64,000 bases of DNA from Chrysomallon squamiferum (lineage: Eukaryota > Animalia > Mollusca). A model generated the notes under the pieces. That model worked only from the letters and a program-made list of their open reading frames with translations. It was not told where the DNA came from and made no database searches. A program made the translations under genes and the position numbers. This document shows, piece by piece, positions 29,059 to 42,269 of the stretch. Within the stretch, counting starts at the first letter, position 1, and every line of letters starts with the position of its first letter. The DNA lies in assembly GCA_012295275.1 (NCBI GenBank), contig CM022665.1:45570001-45634000 (forward strand), written 5' to 3'.

Positions 29059-30589
29059 TTATTTCTTAGCAGTATTTTGTCCGGGTACCTGAAGGTCGCA
29101 CAACAGTATAAACGACTTTAAAGAATCGGGTATGTTTAGTGTGTCAACTTTTTTCTGCACCTGTCGTCCAATGTGTGCTCTGATAACAAGTCTGCTGAGG
29201 TCTTTCAGTGACCTTGGCGTTGTTATAGCTGAAAGTATTAGGTAATGGAGGGAAGGTCTCTTGGAAGCATACGGCAGCATCAGCATGCTCAGAGACATAT
29301 CACAACCACTTCGATACAATAACGACACCATGTAAGCATTCAGGTAGTACACTGCCATTGTTAGAGGGCTGGCTGGCAGTGTTACACCGAATTCCTTCCT
29401 TACATTAACAGACCATCCAGTGTACTCCTTCTGAAGGTCACAGTTGGCGCACACAAGACAATGCAAGGCCCATTTGTTTCCTCGTTGAACGGCACAATGT
29501 GCAGGGGTCATGCCGCTGTTATCCACAGCGTTTACGTCTGCCCCGTGGTCTACGAGTATGCGCAAACAGGCGTATCCGTCCCAGTTACCCACAATTCCCT
29601 GAAAAGGCATCATACTGCAGTGAAGAGACGTCTGTCCAACAGTGTTGGTGATGTCCGGATCACATCCGTGGGCGAGTAATAACTGAACGAGGGGAAAGAA
29701 TCCTCTCTCAGCTGCCACCATCAGTGGAGTGTTTCCTTTGTTGTCCTGGATGTCCTTCTCTATTCCAGAACATTCGAGAAGGAACTCGACGCACTTTACG
29801 TGCTGGAACAGCACCGCTACGTGTAACGCACTTGTTCCGCCAACCGTCTTGGCGTTAATATGAGCACCATGGGACAGGAGATACTTAATGGCGTCCATAC
29901 GTCCGAACCGACAGGCCCGCATCAGAGCCGTTTCGTCAAACATCAAGTCCCTTGAGTTAACATCGTATCCTTTGTCCAGACATTCGGTTAACGTCTGCAC
30001 ACATCCTTGCTGTGCAGCGATCATAAACTTCAGATTGTCGCTGTCACTATCTGCATTGAGGGTGGCTAAATATGCCTGAAAATTAATAAACCTTTTTTCT
30101 TTTTCTTTTTCTAAACATCTGCATACATGTCTTACGTAAATATTTAGCAAAGACCACGAACAGACACTCGACTTCTTATCTCGGCAAAGGCATCATTTAC
30201 ACAAATTTAAACAAATATCTAAGGAATTTTTACGGTTCACAATTTCACCTGCAAACACTACATTGGTTTATTTTTACTGTTTCCCCCGTCTTCTTAATTT
30301 ACTATGTATTTTTTTCTGCTTTTCTCAAACCATTATTAAACGTATCTTATTTGATAGATATATAACATCATATACTCAATCACGCTTTTACAGTACCAAA
30401 TCAAACACATTTTTAAAAATTTGTTTTTATTTTATTTATTTATACCCAAAAGGGTGTATCAGCATGGGACGACATAACTGTGGTACGAAAACATCTGGTA
30501 CGAAATGATCTCATTAAAGAAAGGTTATATAGACTTTAATTGTAATGATAAAATATAAAATACCAAACCTCGGAGTCATCAGTGTCCAT
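29059..30589 (-). CDS. Ankyrin repeat and SOCS box (ASB-family) protein, ~345 aa
   Basis: The main exon 30075-29059 has ~6 ankyrin repeats (ETALMRAC, TSALHVAV, GNTPLMVAA, GQTSLHCS, GMTPAHCAV) and a C-terminal SOCS box (PRSLKDLSRLVIRAHIG...LNIPDSLKSFIL). A likely start exon 30589-30569 (MDTDDSE|gtttgg) is phase 0, matching the acceptor ttttcag at 30076. Confidence 0.9.
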
Positions 30590-31716
30590 TGTAGCTCAGT
30601 GCAGAAGTTAAATTAGTCAAAAAACCCGAAACGAAAACATTGTAATAAGCTAACAACGCAATGTTTCTTTTCGTTTCTAATGCAAGGGAGACAATTCGTT
30701 CTTTTTTCCAGTAAGATAATTAATTTACGCATCTGCTACTACATATTATGGCGTTAAATTACTATCGTTTATTTTATTTTATTAGAATTATTATTATTAT
30801 TTTTAATTATTCTTCTTCTAATTTTTTATTAGATATTTTGTTTTAATCAATAGTTAAACAAATAAAATTATAAAAAGAAACTTAGTGAATCTGTAAGGCA
30901 TCAAATGAATGCAAAACACCAGAGAAAATAGAACGACTTGTTAAAAACTTAATAAATCGGTATTTTTTGGACCCCTATCTGTTGGTGGATGTGTAGAGGT
31001 CATGTGATATACTGACCTCTTAATGTACACATTATACGAAAGAATTCCAATTTCATTCCATATAATCATTACCCATTCATTAATTGTTCACAAGATGGAA
31101 ATTAGCCAGCGGTAGGTTGGAGGAAAATCTCGATGAAAGCACATTTAGATGCGGGAAACAAGTATTGTTAAATTCTGTTCCCACATTCCATGCGTCTGCA
31201 TTATTGAACTGAACGCTGCAACATGTAGTTCTGTTTCCTTATTATTATATTTTATTTATTTATTTATTTATTTTAAAGTTATAAACTAATGTTGCAAAGT
31301 CGTACTTTAATTTAAAGGTTGTAATAAATAAATAAATAAATAAATAAATGATGACAATGCTAATAAATATTATAACGTACTAGTTACATTATCTTAGTGA
31401 AACAGCCTGGATATTCTTCTTCTTCTTCTTCCTCTTCTTCTTCTTATTATATTTCACAATAATATATATTGCGTATTTTAATTTACATTTTAATTGTTGT
31501 TTGCATATTTGTATGCACCACTACATAAATAACATAATATTAACACCATGTTATACGACACACATTTAATTATGGCAGAAATTAGTGGGATTAATGTTTA
31601 TTATTAACTCTGGCCCAAGATAAATCATTATGGGTGTCCTGCAGTGGATCGTGTCAAAGATGACAATGAATCCGAGGATTCCTTAAACAGTCGGCGAAAA
31701 CGATAACTTATGACAG

Positions 31717-31829
31717 GTCACGTGATGGCTGAGTATAAAATGTTGACGAGGTCGGAATTAATAACAAGAAGTGAACGTTTGTTTAGAATCTCACACTGAA
31801 GTGAGAACTTCCAATTTCTTGTCGGCCAG
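31717..31829 (+). promoter_or_regulatory. Putative catalase core promoter and non-coding first exon
   Basis: E-box GTCACGTGA (31717-31725) and TATAAAA (31734-31740) lie in a locally GC-richer island, followed by a strong donor CAG|gtgagt at 31829/31830. The ATG exon has an acceptor at 33150. Confidence 0.5.
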
Positions 31830-32119
31830 GTGAGTGATCGTATATGTTATTTATTAATTTGTTTACTATTAAAGTATTTACATTAAAAAAAAATAAAATA
31901 AATAAAAAAAATAAAAAATTGTTATATAGTTTTCGAATCTGAGTTTACGACTATTGATCCTTTTTAAAACTGAATATTAATATATTTAAGAACGAGAATT
32001 AAAATATATTTATTTCAGTTAAAATGAATAACCTAATGTAATGTAGGGTAATGTGATTTAATGTAATGCAAAGTAATGCAATGCAATTTAATATAATATT
32101 ATATAAATACTGCTTTGAT

Positions 32120-32170
<51 letters not shown>

Positions 32171-32405
32171 ACCTGATCAACAAAAGATATGAATACCCTT
32201 TAATGACATCCTTCGTACACAAAAAGTACAGAAATGGCTGCTCCAGGAAAATTGAATATTTCTCAGTCACTACACAAAACATCTTTGAAATCGTCTAGAT
32301 AGCTATGGTTCGGTCTAAAATAATTTATTTAATTCAGATATAACTTAATGAATATTTTTCTTTAAATATTAGATACAGTTTGTAAAACGATTTTCAAATA
32401 AATAT

Positions 32406-32485
<80 letters not shown>

Positions 32486-33174
32486 TTCAGATAACAAGAT
32501 CATATTTATAACAATATTATTGTTTTTTTCTTATATAATAATTTATTTATTTATTTGTATTTTTGTATAGAAAATTTATATATAATTATTTTTGTAAATA
32601 TAAAGAACCTTGGTCGTATTCAGGAGATCGAGTAGATAAAATACTCATAACTAAGCTTGATATCCTTAAACTAGGTCATCTAGGATTATTTATTTAACAT
32701 GTTTATCAGTCAAGGACAGTTTAAAAATAAAAAATTAAAATATCAAAAATATTTAATCATTTTAAATATATTAGTATTTATAAAACAAAACGGTTCATTT
32801 TCATTTCTTTTTAACTTCAAAATATGTTGTATTAATGTACACATTCATCGTTTTAAATATTTTATTTAATACATATATATTTTCTAGGATTTTAGAAACT
32901 AATATGTGTTTTTTTTTCAACACCCAATTCGGGCCTCTTCAGCCTTGAACTTTAGTCTTGAATTTACACCGATTTTTAAAGGTTGCTGCATAATAATAAT
33001 CATTGAGCAGGTATGTTGGACCAGTCGTCTGCTTCAACTTTATTTTAAACTTTGACGTCTAGCAAAACTTCGATTTTTGTTTTGCTGCAAAATTATTAAC
33101 GTATATTTGTTATGGTGGCATTTGTGTGTTTAATTAGTATTCTTATTTAGGACCATTTAACTTAAACATTCAAG

Positions 33175-33258
33175 ATGACATCGAGAGATAAATCAAGTGA
33201 CCAGATGGCCGACTGGCAACGAAACAATGGAGTAAGTCTTAATTTTAATATTAATTTA

Positions 33259-33310
<52 letters not shown>

Positions 33311-34026
33311 TATTATTATATAATTTACAATTTATAATTTCAACAGGTTAAGAATACTATGGTCATGTGATTAAATTATATCGACAAATTCATAATAATA
33401 AGAAAAATAAACTGATAAATAATATTAAAAAATTATAGTCGAAAATATGTCAGTGATTCATAACTAATTAAAATTCAGGTCTGGCAAATATTATTTATTA
33501 TTAGTCGATAATTTAGTGTGTAAAAAAAAAAAAAAAAAAATAAACAAACAAACAAACAAACAAACAAACAAATAAATAAATATATATATAAATAAATAAA
33601 TAAATCAATAAAAGATTTAAAAATTATTAATTAATTAATTAATTTAGTTATTGATTTTACCAAATTTTTTAAATATATTTTTATAACAGAAGCCCGTCAA
33701 AGCAACTGGCAATTTAAAAATTGGTTTAAAATTAACTTAATTTGGTTATTGATTTTCTTCTTTTTAAAATTTTGTTTTTTATAATGAAATGGCGTCATTT
33801 CATAGAGAAAGAATGGCAGAGAGAGTGGTCCATGTTTAAGGGAGCAGGTGACTGAAATAAATAAATAAATATTGTTTTGTTGCAAGATTTTCAGTATTCA
33901 GTAGATGAAAAACAGATTTCAATAATTTATTTTAATTAAATCTGTAAATATTGTTAATATAGGATATAGTCCTTCAGATAACTGCCTGTGTTTTATCTTA
34001 CTTATCTTTAATCATTGTTTTGGGGT

Positions 34027-34072
<46 letters not shown>

Positions 34073-36221
34073 ATTTTGTTAATAAAATATGAAAACTGAA
34101 ATATTAAAATAAGTTCTTCTAATAATTGTTGTTCTTCTTCTAGGAGCTTTTGGCTATTTTGAGGTGACTCATGACATTACAAAATACTGCAAGGCAAAAA
34201 TATTTGAATTTGTTGGAAAGCGAACACCATGCTTAGTGAGATTTTCTACAGTAGGTGAGTAAAAAACCAAAAATTAATTCGGTAGCTAAAATAGCACTAT
34301 TGATGTAGCTTTCTCTTCATCAGCAGAGTAAATCAGTCAGTTTCATTAAGATAATATATGTGTTAGTATGTTAGAAGATTAGTTAGAGATGCCAGTTTGT
34401 TAATTATAATCTCTCTCAGTCTCAGTTAACACTTGACAGAAAGCTGTTATCAGGATTTGATCTCAGTACCTCAGGATCTTAACTATAATGACAGAAACCA
34501 ACCCATCCTTAAAAATCTAGTTTCATTTTATTTGTTTTTGTATCAGGTAGAGATATTTTATTTTAAAGTATTTTGAGTGTTTTTTTTTTTATTTTTTTTG
34601 TCAGGTGGGAGCCGTTGTGTTTTATAATATTTATTTTTGTGACAGGTGGAGAGAAAGGTTCTCCAGACACTGCAAGGGACCCCCAGGGGTTTGCCATGAA
34701 GTTTTACACCGAGGAGGGAAACTGGGATCTGGTGGGGAACAACACGCCCATCTTTTTTATCAGAGACCCAATGTTGGTGAGTTTGTTTTGTTGGAAAAAC
34801 AGTTAACATTCATGAAACCATATATAATGAATTCTATTTGACAATTCTTTAAATTTTTAAATATATATGAAATATTTTGGACAATATGAAATGAACTAAT
34901 TTTTTCCCTAATCATGCTGATTAAAAAAAAAAAAATAAATTGTTCTTTTTCCCAGTTAAATTTTATTCATTTCTTTACTGAATAAATTATTCTTTTCTCA
35001 GCAAAATGTATAATATGATCATTACAATATTTAATATGGTATATCAGTGTAATCTTTTATTTTAATTATATATAATACTTTATGGTTGTTAGATATTTTG
35101 AATTCTTTAAAAAAAAATTCTTACAGTTTCATCTATATATTTTATTTTAATTATATTTTATATATTTATTAAACATTTTGAATTTTCTTTCAGTTTCCTA
35201 GCTTCATCCACACGCAGAAGAGAAATCCAGTGACAAACCTAAAGGTCAGTCTAGAGTTTATACTACAGTCCGTCTAATTAAGATCTACTCTGTTTTATCC
35301 TTTACATATTTTCAACTCTATTTAAAATTTGTTTATAAAAAAACAAACTATAGTCCTGTGTTAAAAAATATTTCTGAAGAGCGTTAAAAAAAAAGAAAAA
35401 AAATCTTTGGTAGTTACAGTTGCATTTTTGAAAATAATATCTTGAAATGCTGGAGAAAGTCAGCCTTAGAAGCTTGCTAACTTACGTGATACTGCATCAC
35501 AAAGAAAGCCCAGTGTTCATTGTAGAATGAAACAAAAAAACAAATGGATGGATTTAAAATATTTTTAGGTCATTTTTTTTTACTGAATCCATCTTAATTT
35601 AACTTTCAGTGCTTTTTCACAATGCTTTTAATATTTAAATTTTTGTTTTTATTTTCAAGATGCTCTCATCTATGTTCATTTTAACTGAATTTACAGAATC
35701 ACTTCATAGCTTTAATAATACTTTATTTACTTTATTTTTTATTTTCAAGATAGATGCCATGTATGTACATTTTTAACTGAATTTACAGCATCATGTCATA
35801 GCTTTAATAATACTTTATTTTTTTTTTATTTTTTTATTTTCAAGACTTTTTTCTTATTTTATTTTTTATTTTTTATGTATGTTCATTTTTAACTGAATTT
35901 ACAGAATCACTTCATAGCTTTAAAAAACACTTTTTTTTCATTTTATTTTTTGTTTTCAGGATGCTGACATGTTCTGGGATTTCATCACACTCAGACCTGA
36001 GTCCACTCATCAGGTGTGTGTTCTGTTCTCTGACCGCGGAACACCCGACGGTCATCGTCACATGAACGGCTACGGCAGCCACACCTTCAAGATGGTCAAC
36101 TCCAAGAATGAGGCCGTATACTGCAAGTTTCACATGAAGGTTGGCAGATAAGCCTGAAATAATATATTTATTTATCTATGCTTTTCCTTGAAACTGTGTA
36201 TGTGTGAGGGAGAGGGAGAGG

Positions 36222-36320
<99 letters not shown>

Positions 36321-36324
36321 GTGT

Positions 36325-36374
<50 letters not shown>

Positions 36375-37623
36375 ACGCGCTCTGGTTGCAAATAAGCAAA
36401 TATGTAGTTTAAACATTTCAAAAGAATACAAATCTCTGTTACGAATTATAAATATTAAACATTTTTAAAAGATATTCATCTGAATTAAATAGGATTTGAT
36501 TATCACAGACGTTTAGTTTTAGAACAGTTCAGTATTTAGAAATGTTCATTCTATAAGATGTCATTAAAATGAAATTTGTTATTTTTAGAAATCATGTTAA
36601 TAAAAGTGGAAATATTTAAGAATAAGAACATTTAATTTTCATATTTATTTTATATATTATTAATATGTAGACTGACCAAGGAATCAGAAACCTCGATGCT
36701 GCTACAGCTGCTGATCTGGGAGGCAAGGATCCTGATTACTCAACCAGGGACCTGTACAACGCCATTGCTGAAGGAAATTACCCAACGTGGACGTTGTACA
36801 TCCAAGTGATGACGTTTGACGAAGCTGAGAGGTTTCACTGGAATCCATTCGACCTCACAAAGGTATTTAATAGTTTGTTTGTTTGTTTGTTTGTTTGTTT
36901 GATTTATTTATTTATTTATTTATTTATTTGTTTATTTATTTATTTGTTTATTTATTTATTTTTATTTATTTATTTATTTATTTTTTTTTTTTTTTTTTTT
37001 TATTTTTATTTATTATACATGCAGAAATATATGTAAAGAAATCCAGACACAGTGATGAATTGTTATTTTCTTTAGTTAACATTATATGACAGATAAAATT
37101 GCATTATAAATGTTTTTTTTTTTTTACCTTTTTTTTTTTTTTCTTCTTATAAAATATATTACAGATATATTACTAGAAACCGTTAGTCAAATTCAAAATT
37201 TTGTAGCGAAATAATTACTTTGCAGTTTCGTCTTCTCCATCAGTTTCTTATAATTTTCATCCTTCATATTTCTTTATTTTTCACCATATTTTATTTCTTA
37301 TTTAAAGAGGAATATTATTATTATTATTATATATTTTTTTTCCATATAGGTGTGGCCACATGGTGAGTATCCTCTGATACCTGTTGGCAAGATGGTACTC
37401 AACAGAAACCCCAAGAATTATTTCACTGATGTGGAACAGGCAGCTTTCTCACCTGCCCACCTGGTGCCAGGGATTGAACCCAGCCCTGATAAAATGTTAC
37501 AGGTATTTTAGTGCTGTTTCTGTCAGTTGTGTTTCTTGTTGTTGTTGTTATTTTATTTTTAATTATTACTGTGTTGTTGTTATTGTTGTCACATGTAGTA
37601 TTATTATTTTTTTGTAACAATCA

Positions 37624-37658
<35 letters not shown>

Positions 37659-37778
37659 TGTTTTTTTTTTATTTTTGTTTTTATTTTTTATTTTATTATT
37701 ATTTACTATTTTTTATTAGTTTATGTAACAATTATTATCACTATTATGGTTATTTTGTTATTATTATTATTATTTAAC

Positions 37779-37830
<52 letters not shown>

Positions 37831-39805
37831 CTCTGCTTTGTTATTATTTTTTTATTATTATTATTATTTATTATTATTATTTTATAACAAAAAATATTTT
37901 ACAGTATTTTATGAGAAGTAAGAATCTTAACTTTTGCAGGAAATAGTTTTTTTCAAAATTTTGAAATAAATGCTACACTGACTCTTACTACAACAGCATA
38001 TGTTACTGTCACACAGGGTCGCTTGTTCTCGTACTCTGACACACATCGTCATCGTCTGGGCAGCAACTATCTTCAGATCCCTGTCAACTGTCCTTACAGA
38101 GCTCGGCCTAAGAACTTCCAGAGAGATGGACCTCAGTGCATTGATGATAATCAAGGTAACAGACGAGGTTATAACTGATACAATACGGATTTTAATCTGA
38201 TAATTTTTGATAATCAAGGTAACAGTTGAAATTATAATGGACATGATATGGATTTTAATCTGATATTTTTGATAATCAAGGTAACAGATGAAATTATAAC
38301 TGATATGATATGGATTTTAAGCTGATATTTTTGGATAATCAAGGTAACAGATGAAATTATAACTGATTCAATATGAATTTTAATCTGATATTTTGGATAA
38401 TCAAGGTAACAGATGAAATTATAACTGATATGATATGAATTTTAATCAGATATTTTTTGATAATCAAGATGAAATTATAATGGATATGAAATGATCTTAA
38501 TCTAAATCCTGAGATTAATTTGGTGTTGGTGACAATCAAAATAACAGAGGAAATTATAACTGAAACAATCTGAATTGCTAATGAGATAAATGTTATGTTG
38601 ATTGTAACCAAACTGAAAGAGTAAATTATAACTGATGTCTACATTAATCTGCTAATGCAAGAAATCTGATGTTAATAATAATCATAGTAAGAGCTGGTTT
38701 TAAATCTGCTAAAGAGAAAAATCTGATATATACCACGGTATAAGGGCCAAGTTTGATTGCTGAAACAGAATTTGGTTACATGTATGTAAAGATTTAAAAG
38801 ATGAGATTATAAAAAATAAAATATATTTTAGTAATGGTTGAGTATGCTACAATCTGTTGTGTAACATATTGGAGTGATTGTTATTTGAAACATCCTTACA
38901 TCATTTTTAAATTTTTAAACAAATGTGATAGCAGAGTTGTCTTCCCCTGACATTGTTAATGTAATTTCAGATTTCAGAAAAGAGGGAGGTAACTCTGGAA
39001 CTTTCAGATGTGGTTCACAATAAATGTTAAATAAGTCTGTCTGCTCATTATTATATACCTGTTTCTTTCCTAAATATATAACAGTTATTTTAGTGATGAT
39101 ATTTTGGTTTTAAATAAAAAATATTTTAAATTCAATACAGACTGTTTTTAAATATATTTAACTTTTTAATTTTTTAATTTATTTTATTTTTTTTTAAATT
39201 TTTCACAAAATGTCAATAAAATTTCCTTCTGTATTTTATTCATAGGTGGCGCTCCTAACTACTTCCCAAACAGTTTCAGTGGTCCTCAGGATCAAATAAC
39301 ATTTAAGGAATGTCCATTCAAAGTGTCCGGCAATGTCCAGCGATATGAGACTGGGGATGATGATAATTTCAGCCAGGTCACGACCTTCTGGGTCAAGGTT
39401 AGTCCTGTCACTGCCACATTTGGCAGACATCTCATATTTTTTTTTTTTTTTTTTTATCTTTTCAATACTTGGTTTATTTTATATGTTATTCTAATTTTTT
39501 GTTTCAGACAGTTTTTGCATTCAGCGTATATTCAGATATTATCAATTTCAGATAATACACGTTTTTCTTTTCCACTGAAAATACGTTTGTTTAACGCGTC
39601 AGAAATGATTTCAGGTTTTGTCGCAGTCGGACAAGAATGCTCTCGTGTCCAACATTGCTGGACACTTGAAGGACGCTGCTGAATTTATTCAGAAGAGAGC
39701 TGTTGAAAATTTCACTAAAGTTCACCCCGACTTTGGTCATCGCTTACAGGAGGCTCTTGATAAGCATTGCAGTAAATATATTTCACAGGTGGGTTGTTTG
39801 TTGGT

Positions 39806-39836
<31 letters not shown>

Positions 39837-40028
39837 TCATTACTGTATTGTGAATTATTACAGAATGTCCTGATGGTATTGGTAATTTCATAATTAAATA
39901 ATCCAAATATTGTGATTGTTTTATCTATTTCCAGCCTGATGTTGTTGATACTACTAAGGCAATAACTGTTTGTTGTTTAAAATAATTATATATTATTATT
40001 GTGTAGATTATTTAAAAATTACTGGTTA

Positions 40029-40071
<43 letters not shown>

Positions 40072-41179
40072 TCATAATAAAATTTAAAAACCCATTTAAG
40101 ATTATTATTGGATTTCTGATAATGTTGAAACAAGATAATAATTAATTAAGATAAATTACTGGATTAAAATGATCAAAATCAATTTTAAAATATTCCTATT
40201 CAAATGTATTTTGTATTTCAGCATTTGTAATAGGTAATTATATAACGATCTTGTACAGTCCTGTTTGAATAGTATTCTGAGAAAAAATAATTTAATAACA
40301 AGATTTATTAATTAGTTAATTAAAAAAAATTGCCAACAGCAAACAGACTGTGCAGTAACAAAAACGATTTTTAAAATCCCATCCCATTTATCAAACCAAC
40401 AAAAAACAGTTCATCAAAATAAAATAACAAGCATGATACCTGTTTCCAAGAACCCCCTCCCCCCCCAAAAAAACATCTTTATTATTTTATTATATAACAG
40501 CAAATTGATTTAAAATTACTCATATTTTTATTCTAACAAGCATCATATCAACATATATATATTTTAACAAAATATACAAAATATTATTGCCCATTATATT
40601 TCTAATCTGTATGAAATAAAACAATTTTGTGATGGGATCAGGTGATAATATTGCTGCTGATTAGAAATATTAATCTAACAGGTATTAGCAGCTTTTCGGA
40701 ATTAATATTAATTTAAAAATTTTATTTAGTTATTATTTCTGAAATTTATGGAAACATCATTTAACAGAAAAAGTAATCTGACAAGGTTTTTGTGGCTTTT
40801 TCAGTCAATATTAATTTGATGTGAGCCCAATTTTTTTTTTATGTTAATTACAAAATGCATGAAATGTTCAATTAACATAAAAAAGATTAATACAAATATT
40901 GTTTGTAGTTTTAAGTGATTTTTTTTTATCATTTATCTTTTCCGTTGTTTAAGAATTTAATTATATATGTTTTTGATATGTTGAAAATATTAGATGTAAC
41001 AGTAAAAAGTTGTGTAGATTATTTAAAATATAGCAGCAGCTTTGATAATTTCACAGTTAATTTTAATCTGTGAAGCTGCAGAAAGAGTATCTTCTTTCTC
41101 GTAATGATTGTAAATAACCATTGTTTAATTAATAGTAAAATGTTATTATGATTTTATTTTTCAGCCTTCCAAAATATGA
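33175..41179 (+). CDS. CAT: Monofunctional heme catalase (multi-exon; one exon corrupted in this sequence)
   Basis: Exons 33175-33231 ([14 protein letters not shown]), 33690-33847 (damaged; EMA.F.RER..ERVVH.KGAG), 34144-34254 ([19 protein letters not shown]), 34646-34776 ([18 protein letters not shown]), 35194-35244, 35960-36139 ([19 protein letters not shown]), 36671-36862, 37350-37502, 38017-38155 ([15 protein letters not shown], proximal Tyr), 39246-39397, 39615-39788, and a probable terminal exon 41165-41179 (PSKI*). All phases are consistent except at the damaged exon. Confidence 0.93.
35640..35925 (+). repeat. Three-copy intronic tandem repeat in catalase
   Basis: tatgttcattttaactgaatttacagaatcacttcatagctttaa occurs at ~35671, ~35763 and ~35878. 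Confidence 0.8.
38146..38700 (+). repeat. 62-63 bp minisatellite beginning in a catalase exon and repeating its splice donor
   Basis: Unit gataatcaaggtaacagatgaaattataactgatatgatatggattttaatctgatattttt. AAG|GTAACA occurs at 38156, 38219, 38281, 38344 and 38406, followed by decayed copies. Confidence 0.92.
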
Positions 41180-41804
41180 AAAACACCAAATCAAAAAAAA
41201 CAAAAAAACAATGACTACATTACCACTGGATGTGACTTGATTGCATATGATGTGTTTAAAGTGATCAACAAATAGCAATTGTTTTAATTACTTATAAAAC
41301 TAGTCCCACAAATACACTGTTGTAGTCATTCTGCAGGACAACATTTTATAATAAGACTTCATAATAGCCCCAAGTCCTCTTACTATCTCTAAAAAATCCT
41401 TTATAATCCAAAAAATAGTGGCCAGAATAAAACTGTGTGAAGGTAGAAAAAAAGTTGATAAGTTTTAACTGTATCTGCTTCAGTTGTTCATTTGGAAGAA
41501 TTTTCAGAATAATCGTTGGATGATTGGTGTACATTTGACGAGAGTTTTTTTTTTTTTTTTTTTTCAAATGTTTGTGTTTGTTATTTTTTTTTGGCTTTTT
41601 AATTTGATTGGTTCAAAAGGTGAATGTAAGGAATTGTGTTGAAAACAGGACTATGCATAATGAGAACTTTATGTTAATTTATAATAACTGATTTCACATG
41701 TCTCTGCAATCTGTTGGAGTTATTTTAATTTTATTTTATTTCATTATTTCATTATTATTATTTTTTAAATTTATTTCAGTTTATATGTTTTTATTATTAC
41801 TTTT

Positions 41805-41852
<48 letters not shown>

Positions 41853-42227
41853 TTTTATTTTTTTTTTTAAATAAATATTTCATAATTATAATTGAGAACT
41901 TGAATGTTTTTGTAATTTATAGCACCAGTGTTTATTCAGGATCTTGTACAATTATGTTAATGTTAGTTAAAAGTTATTATTATTACCAGGATATTATTGA
42001 AAAAACTAAAAAAAAAAAAAAAAAAAAAAAAATCCCCAAAAAAACAACCAACCAAATCATAACCAAGCATTTGTATTTTTGTAAGCAATGACATTATTCT
42101 AGTCTTAGTAGTCTTTTTATATTATGATTAGTATTTTTAGAATATTTAATTTTTGTTAATTTTTGTTTCTGGTGATTGGATTGTTTGTGATACTTTGTTA
42201 TTGGTATTAGATGATGATAATAATAAC

Positions 42228-42269
<42 letters not shown>

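Noticed and set aside
29461-30079. Plus-strand ORFs overlapping the ankyrin gene (similar antisense ORFs lie over the PAN and catalase exons)
   Set aside because: Antisense shadows of real coding exons.
30453-30510. Short ggtacgaaa repeats resembling a transposon fragment
   Set aside because: Too short, with no termini or TSD, to classify.
38146-38700. Regularly spaced repeats as a CRISPR-like array (also 54826-55277)
   Set aside because: The whole unit repeats with no unique spacers, it lies in a eukaryotic intron, and there are no cas genes.
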